Counted from the first letter of the stretch, positions 25,145 through 37,883 are shown. The stretch: 64,000 bases of DNA from Phoronis australis (GCA_002633005.1 NMRA01000999.1:1-64000), one strand, 5' to 3'. Program-made: numbers and translations. The notes: a model not told the origin generated them from the sequence alone.

Positions 25145-28100
25145 CGTAATTAGGTCACTTTCCATTTTGTAAGAGTTTATCTTCAGCAAACCACGTTAAC
25201 CCCCCCGCCTGGCGAATCAGTACCAAGAGCTTCATTCGAAACGTGTTACACGAATGCTCACCAATTAAAAACAGAGCAACTAATCTAATGAATTCAGATA
25301 TAGCCATTTCCCCTAAAACCGCAACTTGAACCGTTTGTCAAGACAGCGATGGATCAGAAGACACCCAGTCAGTGGTGTTGCCGTGCAAAAGCGGTTTCAA
25401 ACTACACATAGCAACTCCCATAAGTCAACAAACACACACACGTGACTATATTGATCTAAAACATTTATTGTAAGAGTTTCTATTGTCACAGTTTGCATGT
25501 TTTATGTTTTTGCCTACGAGCTGATAATTAATATTTGCTGAAGGGGCCTACAGAAACGATCAATGAATCGTCGGAATGTAACTATATCGGTTAAATTTGT
25601 CACGGACAGATATTATTGTATTCAGAAATGGAAGCCATCTCAGACAAAAGTGGTTTCTTGAGAGAAATCTTATTAAAGTCACATCATAACATATTAAGTG
25701 CCTTGGTACTAAATTTGCACCTAAAAGAGTATAAACAGGTGTTCAGAAAAGTTAAGCTGAACACGCATCGAAAGCAATTATATCTTATCTAGAAACGTAT
25801 ACCTCAAAATATGTTGACATATCAGGTGAGATGCGGCTCCAACTACTTAACTCTAAATATACCACCTATTGTTCTCTGTGGACCACACGGTTAACAGCAA
25901 TTTCTTATTATTGAAATGCATAACCTTTTTCGCAAATATGTGCTGCATTTAGTGAGAACGACCTCTAGCGGTCGTACGAAAGACGAAGTGGGAAGAATGA
26001 CAAGGAGAACACGTAGATTATTAATAAAATAGTGAATTAAGCTTTTGAAAATTTGGGAAATTGGAATATTTAAGTGTGCTATCCGTGTCAATACGAAATG
26101 GCAGGATGAGGTGAACACGATTTGGCATTTATTTAGGTTAAAAATATTCTATTTTCGTATTTTTGGGAGTGTTAGGTGCTCGAAGGAGTTCGGGAAATGA
26201 GACTATATTCGTAAACGTTTTTAAAAACAGCGCTGCAATGACACTGAACATCAGTTGTGGCTACAGAATGGATCACTGTTAAGTAGCTAGATGTGTGTAC
26301 GTGTTCACCTGACATCATTCAAGCCCACTGTCGTGTTAGGGCATTATTGGTTTCAACTCTAAAGTGCTGTGGCGTGAGATTAGCATTGGAAGTGATAGTC
26401 AATTCTTTTTAGCATGCCCTTTGACGAAAATCCAGCATCGCAGTCATGCTACAATAGATGCACCACTTGTCTTTGTCGCTTGATGACTTCACAAATATGA
26501 ATGTCATAACCTGAGAGTCATTATCAAAGTAGCCAAGTCTCAAGCGCATGGAGAGAAACGGAGATGTACCGTACTAGATCTTGAATTGTAGTTTTTGTTT
26601 CGTTTTGTTTGTTTGTTCTTTTTTCACGTCTTGTGCACTTTGTTTAAACCAACACGCGTGTTCTTGTGTACTGTAGTGTGTATATTTCTTTTAAAAGGTG
26701 TCGGTGGCCCAATTAAACTGAATAAACCACTACTGTTCTCTGTTGCCTATATATCTAGTTGCTCTGGTAGTTCGAATTTGGCGTGGATTTTGAAATACAC
26801 TACGTCGTATTCTCGGACTTCCGCATAACCGAAACTGCCCCGCTTCATTTCCGCTAAAATAATTGGAACACGTCACACTTCTTCCTGTTGACCCCTAACC
26901 ACACCGAGTGTGTGAAGTAGACAACATGTTCCAAGTATCAACACAACTCGGAAAATTGCCCGCATAGTAATTGCCCAAAAGCGGACGAGTAAATATTACG
27001 GCCACAACAATTGCATGTCAATGAGCGTTTATTGGCTGTATTTTGGAGGTAAATAAGGGGTTAGCCAATTACAATGCACTCGCCAGAGGTTACTGCGCTA
27101 GGAAGTCAGGTTGCGACTCGTTTTTCCAATGCCGTGTTCATTCAGTGAAACAGCGAGGCATAGTTAGACAACATCACAGCCAATATTCCAACCGCTCAAT
27201 GAAAACAAACACGGGAGTTGACCTATTTACAGGTGGGCGGATCCAAAGTGTCATGTAGCATAAGCGGACCCATTTTTTGCGAAACTGTGGGTTCAACTAA
27301 AGCAACAAGCTTTTGAAAATAATTATTTTTATGCGAAAAGAAAGTTTATACCACAAATAATGAGTAGAAAACAGGTGGTGTATGGCGGGTCTAGTTTTCT
27401 CCGTGGTGTTCGTTTGGTTTAAGCTGCACTGGAGGGCGGGACGGACCCCTGGGTCTCTCCCCTGGATCCGCTTATCTTACACTTGCCAATGGGAAGCCTG
27501 ACACCCAAAGCTAACCGAAACCCACCAACAGATAACGAGAAGGCGACACCTCCATTTCCTGCCAACAGCTGCACGAGCTACCCAAGTTAGCGTCTAATGT
27601 GTGTGTGTGAGGGTTACGCTTATTGTATTTTCATTTTCGTTTTGCCACGGACGTCAAGCAACGCACTTGCCACACGCCAAGTAATTGTCATTTATAAACG
27701 TCCAGCTATTGAAAACGTCTCAGTAAAATAGCAAGTGTTCGAGTCGTTTTAACCCGCCATGCCGCTCGTGGACGTGACCCAATTCTGAAAAAAAAATCAT
27801 TCAATGGCACCACTGAGAGTTTTCCTCAACCAATCGTAGAATCAAATCATCCAGCCCTGGGGGCAAGTCACCTTTTTCAGGGTAGGGATATACCCTGACT
27901 TAGTAGTCAGAGGCGTATGCCATCCGTAGTTATACTTCATGACTGCACCAAGAGCCCCAAGTCTATTTCTATTGAAAAAGGGATTGAAACTCGAACCATA
28001 TCACGTGTCCTTCACCCTTACACAGTTTCTACCATGCAGAGTATCATCAGACCTATATTTACATCGAGCAAAGTTAGTGACCTTTAATGGTCATTTTCTA

Positions 28101-28389
28101 TACCCAATTAACCTAAACTGATTCCCTTTCAAATTTATATCAAAATGACGGTATTGGGTAAAAACTTTGAGGCACCAAAATCAATTAGAAAATACAAACC
28201 CCACCTCAACCGTACGATCCCACGATCTCCATTGCAGTTGACTTTCGCTGGGAGACCAAGAGGCTAGATACATATAGTCTACTTGTCACACCATAATGGA
28301 CACCCTTGTTCGTGACCTTAAGTTGCGGACGGGCAATCCCACCTTTAAATTTGAATGTATCAAAACTGGCGACCGACATGGAAGGTACA

Positions 28390-28523
28390 GTACTCTGGCA
28401 CAGTGGTCAGTGAGCGGTGACGATAGGAGGGTTAAACAGTATAAGAGCACGCCCAGGAACGCCAGTGTATATCACCCGACATCATGGACGGATACCGAGG
28501 AGGTCACAGGGGTTCGATCCGTA
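28390..28523 (+). mobile_element. tRNA-derived SINE head (Pol III A and B boxes), truncated
   Basis: A-box TGGCACAGTGG at 28396-28406 and B-box GGTTCGATCC at 28511-28520; the spacing is long and I see no cloverleaf. Confidence 0.5.
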
Positions 28524-28950
28524 CCCGGTTGCATGAAACATCCCCAAATAGGGACTCAGCTATAAATTACCTAAATTTTCTTCGTATTTGTGGACTTGTG
28601 AAAACACTGAATGTCCTTTCTTTTTGGTGTTTTAGTTTCACAACTATTTGGCTTCGATACTAATGGAGAGTAAATTCTAAGTTGAATTTTCAATATTATT
28701 GAAAATAAGTAGGGACCTTTAAATGAAACACCACTATCTTAAGGAGTATGTCCCTATTTATTTTCACGGAACTATGAGCTCAAATTTTAGCTATATTATT
28801 AGAAAATGTAATTAGTCAAAGAGAAGCTCATAATAAAGATCAACTGATTGTAAAAGATTACAGCGGTAAGTAAAGAACCACACAAATAAGCAGATTTAGG
28901 GAGCTTAGTTTAGTCCCTATTTGGGACTGTTTCATGCAACCGGACACTGG
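28524..28950. mobile_element. About 420-bp MITE with CCGGTTGCATGAAAC TIRs
   Basis: CCGGTTGCATGAAACA.CCCAAATAGGGACT...AGTCCCTATTTGGGACTGTTTCATGCAACCGG; relatives near 29810-30385, 48071-48483 and 54065-54446. Confidence 0.85.
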
Positions 28951-30039
28951 ACCCTTTCCCTTATAGTCAAAGCTGCAAAAAACTAAGAAAAAATAGAAAA
29001 TTTCAATTTTCATTTCTGCAGAGTTCATGTCACAAACTTCGTTTCTTACTTCTTTTTTTGTTTGTGACACAGAATTCACTTCAGAAACTTCTCGTTTTGC
29101 TTGGACCTCCCCTTTTGAAGGTGGACACGCCCACCCACAGCTGGGTACAAGCCTGCGATCTTATTGGCCATGTTCAAGATTACAAAGCATGCGAAACTGT
29201 CTCGTAATCTAGAGATTTTTTTCTGTATCTCGTGGAGGAGCAGGTCATGCATGCGCAGGGACGGGATGATTTTGTCATGGAAACTCAAACTTTTACATCC
29301 ATAATTTGTGAGTCCCCCTTCCTTCTCAGAGCGGTTAGTGAGATGAGACTACATGTATTATAGGCGACAGAATTACATGTAAATCTCTCGGCGAATGCTC
29401 AAGGGTACGACTTTGGAATTAAAATAGTGCACAAAGCTACACTGACAGCCGGAAATGGTGAAGGTCGAGTGCTATAGAGTGTGATATACCAGGTAAAACC
29501 CACCTATGACTGTCTAGTACTCCCAAACAAACGAGGAACTACATGCACACCATTAGAAATTTTCTTCGGTTTCCAATTACAGGAAGACATATTTGTAACA
29601 CTAAATTTTATGTATGGCTCAAATGTGTGAGAGTTTCAAATAAAACTATATGGAATATTTGGAGTCATACAATTGACGGTTATGTCAGAACACTTCAGAA
29701 ACACAGGAAACCAGCATAAGAAACGTCAACAACATTGAAAGATATGGCGTCACAAAATAATCCATTACCCGAAAGAAATATCTGTTCTCGATTACATGAG
29801 TCTCAAAATACAGTAGGAGCTCAACTAAATCTACTGCCCGTTTGTGAAAACACTGATCGTCTTTTCTTATGATGTTTGAGTCTTATAACTAAGGCAACTT
29901 TTGACTTTGATAATATAGAGATTAAATTCGACGTTGGGTATCTTTTCATGCAACGCCTCTAATTTAAGGACTAAGTCCCTATTTATTTTTGTTGAATTCG
30001 GGTTCAATTGTAGTTATAATATTAGAAAATATCATTAGT

Positions 30040-30283
30040 CATGCGCGCACCCGGGGGGGGAGGGGGACTCGAACGAGCCCCCATTTGGCGAAGTGGCAAA
30101 AAGGTCCGCCCCTGAGAGACAAAAAAAATCCGAGAAAATGGGACAAAAGTCCACTAAATAAGCGCAAACTCGCACTTCACATGGGTGCGTCCGTTTTTTT
30201 AGTTCGCCCGCTCTTTTGTTAGCAAAAGATCCACAGCGTCAGGAATTCGAGACCCCCCACACTGAAGGCTGGGTGCGCGCATG
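30040..30283 (+). mobile_element. CATGCGCGCA-terminated MITE nested inside an older MITE
   Basis: CATGCGCGCACCC...GGGTGCGCGCATG; flanks TTAGT/TCAGT. Confidence 0.8.
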
Positions 30284-30489
30284 TCAGTCCAAATGGAGCT
30301 CATAATAAAGATTACAGTGTACATCTGTCAGTTAAGGAACTCAAGACAAAAGAGTTAGGGAACCTTTCTTAGGACTATTTTAACCACGCAGATCAATCGG
30401 ATAACATTGAAATGTCTTTAGTATTTGAAGCTTAGATTATTTGATTGTGTTGAGGGAGGAATTCATTAGATACGTATACGCGCCTAACT

Positions 30490-31250
30490 GTATTTAGGCC
30501 CATACGCATTTATCCGGGATAATGTGTTCTTCAAAAGAAATTTCAACTCAATATTTCGCATACAAGCGCTTGGCAGAAATTATTCACGTGACCCAAATAT
30601 TTACAGGTCCACCAATTTTCCTTTTTCTCCGCAAATACGTACTTTTATCAAGTTTAAACCGAATCCTTTGCGTAGATATTTGGCCAAATACAAGGGCTTG
30701 ACGATAAAGACGGTTTTAGGGCCAGATGACATAATTTTTATTTTGAGATTAGTGCCAGACGGGATAGACTTCTTCAAGTTTTTGACGTTGGTCAGAGTTA
30801 TAGGCCTACAGCCACAAATGTCCTCGCCTTTGTGTGGTTTAATTACAAATGTCCAATTCTCGTCATTAGCCGTCAGACAAGTTTTTTCTGAAATCTTGGC
30901 CGGCGTCTCTCCGTCACAGTTACATTTAGTATTTTACCGTGTGGGATTAATCTGCTCAGTCGCATAATCACCACCGTAGTGGGGCTTGGGTGCTGATCTC
31001 GGAAAGTATTTTTCTTGCCAACTGCGTCACTTTTAACAGGAAGTTGATGTTTTTCCAGTCTTCTTGTTGGTGCCAAATTGAAAACACGCCGTTTTCTACA
31101 ATTTTGCACTAAGGATAATTCCAGTTTCCTAAACATGATATTGCAAGGAATTGCTCTTAGGCCTACTCACGGAAGTATTTGGCATTTTGACACATGCGCC
31201 TAATTCCCGATACAGGCGCGGCTTCACTATATGCACATGGGCCTAAATAC
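30490..31250. mobile_element. Putative non-autonomous DNA element
   Basis: Terminal inverted repeat GTATTTAGGCCCAT / ATGGGCCTAAATAC. Confidence 0.5.
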
Positions 31251-33302
31251 GCAGATACACAGGTACGATAGAACAGGTTAAACATTGTCTTTTACCTGTG
31301 TACAGAGCAGTGTTTCAATCGCGTTGTTTCACCATTCTCACGATAACAACTTGCAACTTCAATGAGTCATCACCATATCACGTGCGCCGACCGCAGGAAT
31401 CGCCGGGTCAGTTTACGGGTTACGATACATTTTTCATGAGAAATCAGATTCGGTTTTAAGGCCGATAATCGATTTTTTTATTATTGTTGGATGAGATAGA
31501 CTTCTAGGAGTTATTAGCGTTGACTAGAGCGATACAGCAAAATCCGCTGTAATTAATGTGTTATTTATTACAAGTCGCTAATTCTCGCCATTGTCTCCCA
31601 GATATTATCTGAAATCAAAGTCGGGGACTTTACAGGTTTCATACGCTTAAAAATGCGTACACTCACTTTTTATAGGTCTGCAGAGGCCAGCCGCCGAGTT
31701 GGACGGAGACCGCGGGGGTACAAAATCAATTCCGTGTTGGGGCTGACCTCATGAAAAAATTTCCTCGCCAATACCATGAATTCATGAACCACGTGAGTTT
31801 ATTCAACATTGCTTATATCCATAATGCGCTATTGGCGATGCTCAGTTTATTTTGGGCGATTGAGATGCGGGCCACAAAGAAAAACTATGCGTGGGAAGAT
31901 TGCAATCCTATTTCAGTTTTAGTTTTACTTTTTACCTGTCACCGACATACGCAGGTCACTTGAGTTGAAAAATAGTGTATCTCTAAATCTACATAGGCTT
32001 GCCCGACACTAGCGAACCAAAACGGCGATTTTGGGAAAAACTGGTTTCGAAGTACGAGCGTGGATCTCAGCAGTCAGTTACTGTATAATGTGAACGAACC
32101 AAGAAGGAGACTCTTCACAGCCACCCGTTCTCTGTAAATTTTGTCTTTCCGAGTCACAATTAAACATTTCTTCCGTTTTTGTAAAATTTCCCAAAAATTA
32201 ATTGTATCGTGTGGTGTGACACGAAAACAAGTTACATGTATGTGAAGTAGGGCTTAGTTTATTTCAGTGAAGACGTTGTTGGCTAAACTTCAATATGGAG
32301 TAAGCGTGACTTGATACAACGGGTTGCATGTTTGAGAACTGTAGAACAATCGAAATATGGCAAAATTTGGCAACATTCGGAAAATCATATCTCAGAAAAG
32401 GCTCATTGGATCTGAAAATTTCAGATACCATGATTTATGCAATGTTCTTTGAAACCGTGCTAAGAATTGTTTTTGAAAACTTTCGCTTTTGCATGAGAAG
32501 CTATTAAAATAGAACTGTTATGATTTTTATGAAAAAAATCAAAAGTTGCATCAAACGAAAACGAAACGATAATTTAGAAAACTGATACGGTTGTTTTCCT
32601 GTGGATATAACTATAATTATTTCTTTTTTGTTAAATTTCACTAAAAGACATAGCCACGTGATCCAAACAATATCACATTAGTATTATCAAAAGACTGACA
32701 TAGTCACGTGATCCAAACAATATCATCAAAATCAAATTCTACAGGCTTTTACTTTTACTGATTTAAAATTTATAGTTTTGCACACTTTTGGCTAAATACA
32801 GCGACCGACAAGTCGATAAGATCCGACCTACCCCACACATACACTGTACTGAAGTGAACGCGTAATCCTAAACACACACATTACAATACATCCATAGGCC
32901 CTGTTAGAGTGCGAAAGGGCGTTCGGATTCATATTCGGGTACTTGAAATCATGCCACTTTCCAAATATAATCCCCTCAGTCTGATCAGAAATTCCCTGTG
33001 CTTAGAATGCAGAAAACTTTGATAACACGATTTTCTTACACGGTACTGCTTGCTACCGTTTCCTATTACAACAGGCGGCGGTACAATGATGTTGGTCATG
33101 ATAGCCTAATTAAGCTTGAAACGACGCATATTTCTGACTAAATATTCATTGCGCCACTCCTTAGTATAGACCGCTAGACATTGCAGAAATGAGGAACTGA
33201 TAAGCGTATTTGGCCACCTTGTAGATTAGGACAAACTGATAAAAAATCTTTTATAAAACGCTGGCGGTCTAATTAGGGTTAGTAGCGTCATCCTCAAAAT
33301 AC

Positions 33303-33398
33303 GTTGCCATGGTGACGAGACGAAAATGTTTTCCTGCTTTTGTATTGGCTGACGTGGACATGATGCACACCAGGTTTAGATCTCACAGTGCGCCATTT
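33303..33398. promoter_or_regulatory. Promoter-like motif cluster: RFX X-box, CCAAT, CRE half-site, YY1
   Basis: GTTGCCATGGTGAC (33303-33316), ATTGG (33344), TGACGT (33350), CGCCATTT (33391), all within 100 bp. Confidence 0.4.
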
Positions 33399-35084
33399 GC
33401 AGGTGAAATTGAGTGGTCGTCTTCCGCTGTGTAAAACGATATAAAATTCGCTTGTTTGGTGTCACGACATTTTGGACCCAGTCAAATAAAGTTAAAAACA
33501 GTAATAATAACAATAAAGCCATGTTGATGTATTTTGAAAATGTGTTTGACTGTGTGCATTTCTGTTCCTATTTGTGGATCGAAATCGCTTCATAACAGTG
33601 GCAGATGGGTCATCAATAACCATCCGAATATGACTCAAGAAACGCTTCAGTCAAAGTTTAGTGAGGTTGGCCAACCGTAAAAATGCCACTTCGAAAATAG
33701 AACATGTGCACATTGTCTATGGTTTTAGTTTGTTAACAGGAACTGAGCCCTGTATCACGTTAGGGAATAAAACGAGACCGATTTTATGAATTTAAAAGGC
33801 GCAATTCGATTGTAGTTCTTTACCCAGCTAAACAGGGTGAAATGCAGTTTTGGATTTCAACAAACGAAATGGTTTTTCTAATCTTCTGATATGAATCGTA
33901 ATTTTCTATAAGATTGCCACGTAACACATTTGATCAGTTTCATAAATTGAAAATTTAAACTATTTTAGTAATCACGTTGTTGTTTTAAGTCTTCCTTTGA
34001 GAAGGGGTGTCTTGTTTACGTTTAGTTCCTTGATTGTTGGGGAAATCAACACGATAAGAAACAGCAGCGTCAAATGTCGTACGCTCAAGACCTAGAAAAT
34101 GTTACCTAAGGGGAGACCGGGGCTTGCTCGACCCCATTTTCGAAGACTGAAATCCCTGACAAAATAACTTAGTCAACCTCTTATGAATTCTCAAGAAGTC
34201 CTTTTTGGGACCGCAATTGATTATTTCACCAAAATTACGAAGATGTAATTTGCATATTTGCATTCGAAGTGCCGAGGTCAATAAGAACGCTGATTTGAGC
34301 CACTCATTTGGTACAACAACCAGCTAGTCAGTTATAACTCGAGATGTAGGCGGATTTTGGGACTTTCAATAAGGAAATAAGACAACATGGGACATTCCCG
34401 CGTATTATAGCCGTACGACATATGTTGATCATACAAAACAATTGAAAACACGCATTTAGACCGTGTGACCCGCGTTCCAAGTAAACCGACTTAGTTAAGA
34501 AAAATCTTAAAATTAAGTCAGCTTTTTAAAGATAAAAGTTCAATTTGTCTTAAGTCCATTCCAATAAAGCGGTCTTAGGTTTGGCCTACGTTTTTTATTT
34601 AGTTTACGTTTTGTCTTAACTTTGACTAGTTACAAGATGTGGAGGTTTTCAAAGTTTGAAAGTTAAGACAAATCGTAGAAATGAACTTATATGTAAGTCA
34701 ACTGTATCCGCTTAGTACTTGGATATAGCAGACACATGCTTAGTGTTTCGCTTAACACGACAAATTTACGGGTACGTTTTCAAGCTCGTGCATCCGAACC
34801 TATACATGCACGTGTAAGTGGTTCGGATCCGATCCATGCTACTTTCACTGAAATTTGAGCTTATGACAAGCAAATTGACAGTCTCGATGTACATGTAGCC
34901 CCCTGTCTCTCCGCGCATGCCTCACGTTTGGGTTTGATTGGAAATTACAATCATGGGTTGTAGCCGAATTTAGCCTGTTTAGATAGCAAAAAGTCGACTT
35001 TTTGATCTCATAAAACCAGTCTCATGGTATTTCTCGCCACATAGGATTCTGGTTACGAAGGCAAGTCACACGCAATGCATACAT

Positions 35085-35333
35085 GCGACATTTTCGAAAT
35101 TACATTTCTTGAGATGGCCATCTCTAATAAACTCGGGTGCGTTTCCCCGAGGGTCATCAATGGTTATTCCGTGGGAGAAAAAAGATATATGTGGCTGGGA
35201 AGAGCAGTTGAAGGCCCAGTCTGGAGTAACATTTCGGGAGCGGCGCCTTATCCGCTGCATCCCGTACTATAGCAGATCGTGGTGTGCAGGACGTGACGCA
35301 AGTCAGCAGTTTGTGACATCGCAGAACAGATAA
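35085..35333 (+). pseudogene. Possible decayed IRF DNA-binding-domain relic
   Basis: One frame reads KLHFLRWPSLINSGAFPRGSSMVIPWEKKDICGWEEQ..RRLIRCI, which echoes the IRF pattern W..INSG..PG..IPW(x7)W..FRC with deletions. Aligned by eye only. Confidence 0.35.
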
Positions 35334-35866
35334 GACTTTCTTAAAATGGTTCGCTTTATGGGCGGCGTAGCATTGAAAAAAGTGTGGGACTATAGGCCCC
35401 CCCGTCCCCCATGATGCGCCGTCCATGTTTATATGTACATAACTCCACACTTGAAACGGCGATCACTTTTTTCTAGTACGAAAAAACTCCGCACTCAACT
35501 AAAACAATTTTCTATGCTTTAGTCCTGGGCGTTTGTTGCATTAAAAATACCCCGGCCGCCATACAACCCGAGGGTTGTTTATTCATTCTCAACACAACAC
35601 ATGTACTGTAGTGAGTAAAGCGAACAGATTTTGAAGGAGTCACCCCCCNCCCCCCCCGTCCTCCCAATTAAGTTTTAGTGGGAATCATGTAAAGTCATCT
35701 TGAACCAGTTAAGCCGAGTCTACACAGACTGACACTCGCTGCTATTACTGGCTCAGTACATATACGGGGGACTTTCAACTCAAGGTCCACCAGCAGCCCT
35801 CCTGACTCTAAATTTGGTCCCTGTTTTTTAACACTCTTATATGAGGTTCGGAAGCCTGAGTTTTAA

Positions 35867-36454
35867 TGACACACACCTGAGGCAGTAAAAACAATTGGTT
35901 TCGTGGCGTCACTGGCTTCAGTCTGGCACCGCACCGCCGGGCCCCGCAGTAAGCCAGTTGCCGACAACCAACTCACCGGAACCTGCCGACCGGGCCTGAG
36001 TGAATTCCACTCAAACACCGTTGAAAATATTCCGTATCCTGCAGCTAGGGCCGGACCAAACTCCACTACCCGGGCACTGAACTCCAGTCATGCACCCCTG
36101 GCTAGTAGGGACTGGTGTGGTTTGGGTTCCCGGTCGGGTAACGCGGCGGGATTATATAGCGCTGAGAGCCAGCTTCTATGGCGAGTGCGATACTAAAGAG
36201 ACGGACAATGAGATCAAAGTTTATTTCAAGTCGGGTCAAGGTTTAACAAAAGACAATGGAGTTTTAACATAGGGTGTTTAATCTGTGGCTGGAGATAAGA
36301 ATCGTAGTAACGAGGCCAAGAAATAGTTTTGTCCAACGCCTTCCTGGCTGACAGGATCAGGTCGCGCGCGGCCCCGGAGTAGCGTCAGAGCCGGCACTCA
36401 GCAGTACGCGCTGGCTGACTGTGGGCAAACCCTCAGGACAGTGAGCTCGTGACA
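35867..36454. mobile_element. Possible solo LTR
   Basis: A 588-bp GC-rich island with TG...CA ends (the minus strand begins TGTCACG and ends TGTCA), AATAAA on the minus strand near 36220, and near-duplicated flanks TTAA/TTCA. Confidence 0.4.
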
Positions 36455-36890
36455 TTCACTATATTTACTGAAGTTGCTGACGCCTTCTAGGTGATCCCGA
36501 ACATAAGAATTCTGCTTTAATATCCAGAAATATCGGCGAACTGTAACTCGGAACAGGCGATCGACTTCGACGAGCTAGCCGCTAAACTCACTCGATCCAG
36601 TAATCGACATGAACCCAAAGTATGACCTATATACGCACTGCGTATATTTTTATGCCCTGGAAAACGCCATTGTGTCACGATCTCACATTCAAAACAACTC
36701 GCGGGATGTCAAATTAGAGCGACAAGTTTATAGAATAAAGGTTAAGTTTAAAACTTTGACAATTTACCTGGACGTAAGGAAGGCAAATACATTTCGAGAG
36801 TCACCTGGAAAACTTTTCAATTGCCATTTTCCAGCAACTAAAAATTTCCAGCTTGCGACCTACATAACGCGTTTGACCTCTAACCCCTAA

Positions 36891-37200
36891 TTCCTGGAAA
36901 TCGAGCTTCGGCACAGGCAATCTTTCGTGAATTTAGCTTTCATGAAAAATCTTTTTCAGAGAGCGACACTCGTTTGTGCCGGATTAAAGTTTGCCCAAAC
37001 ATAACACAGCGTCATTTAGCCAGGTTCTGTCGATTGGTGCGCTCTGAAAGCGCAGCCATATTTTGTTTTGTTAGCTTAAACCACAGCTGCATTATAAGCA
37101 GTCATTCCTGACTCAGCGAGCAGACGAACAGGAAATCGCATAGCCGGAAATCCAATCAAGTGGCCAATCCGTCGCAGTGCACGCGCACTTGAATGCGAGT
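36891..37200 (+). promoter_or_regulatory. Putative IRF proximal promoter: GAS/STAT element, CCAAT boxes, ETS-like sites
   Basis: TTCCTGGAA at 36891-36899; ATTGG near 37033; CAGGAAAT and CCGGAAAT at about 37129-37151; CCAAT twice at about 37152 and 37164. Lies upstream of a candidate non-coding exon 37564-37676 (ttgcag|...ACA|gtgagt). Confidence 0.45.
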
Positions 37201-37478
37201 AAAGGTTTGTGTACAGCAAGAATGTTTTTATTTGCGATTTTTCGTGCATATTTCGTCGTTAAGTTGCTGTTGTTTTTATCTCATTTTTGTGTCTTATCAA
37301 ATTCGAAGGACTGCAATCATGAACTTTAATCTTGAACGCCTGTTTTTATATTTTGATAATGATTAGTTACTATTTTATACTTATGCTCATACTTACTTAG
37401 TTATCAGCTGATGTCTAATAATTATGCACTAAATGACATTGTAATTAACAATGTTAAATAATTATTGTTCGCGAATGC

Positions 37479-37492
37479 GTTGCCAAGGAGAC
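37479..37492. promoter_or_regulatory. RFX X-box motif
   Basis: GTTGCCAAGGAGAC fits the RFX consensus. Confidence 0.4.
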
Positions 37493-37883
37493 TGCTCTAT
37501 TTGTGATGCATTCTGTAGGCTCACATGTTCACCTGTTTTGCTTCATTTATTTTCTTCTTGCAGGATATAGGTTGGTTGAAAAAAGGAAAAATTTTAAAAT
37601 TTTGAATTTAGTAATATTTCGTTTTTCTCACGATATGCGTGCATCACCATCAACATTCTACATATACAACTGTACAGTGAGTACTCAGAAAAGACAATTG
37701 CTTAGTTCATGTGAAATTAGTTCGATAAGAGTTTCAGACTTTTGTTTGTGTTTTATTCTATTCACCATCCCGTTAATGGAAGCCATTTTCGTGCTTTTTG
37801 CATTTTGCCGGTGTTTGCGCATTCTTTATTCTACTATTTTGTTATCTTCATCAGGTGAATTAATCCCTACGTTCAAAGGCACC

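Noticed and set aside
28025-28055. Hammerhead-like core on the minus strand (CTGATGA-TAC..GTA-GAAAC)
   Set aside because: I could not form stems I and III with a cleavable NUH triplet, and stem II lacks the usual closing G-C pair.
28390-28523. tRNA gene
   Set aside because: The A and B boxes are about 105 nt apart with no cloverleaf or acceptor stem; a SINE head fits better.
30524-30967. 147-aa ORF
   Set aside because: It lies inside a TIR-bounded repeat, has no recognisable domain and has no splice support.
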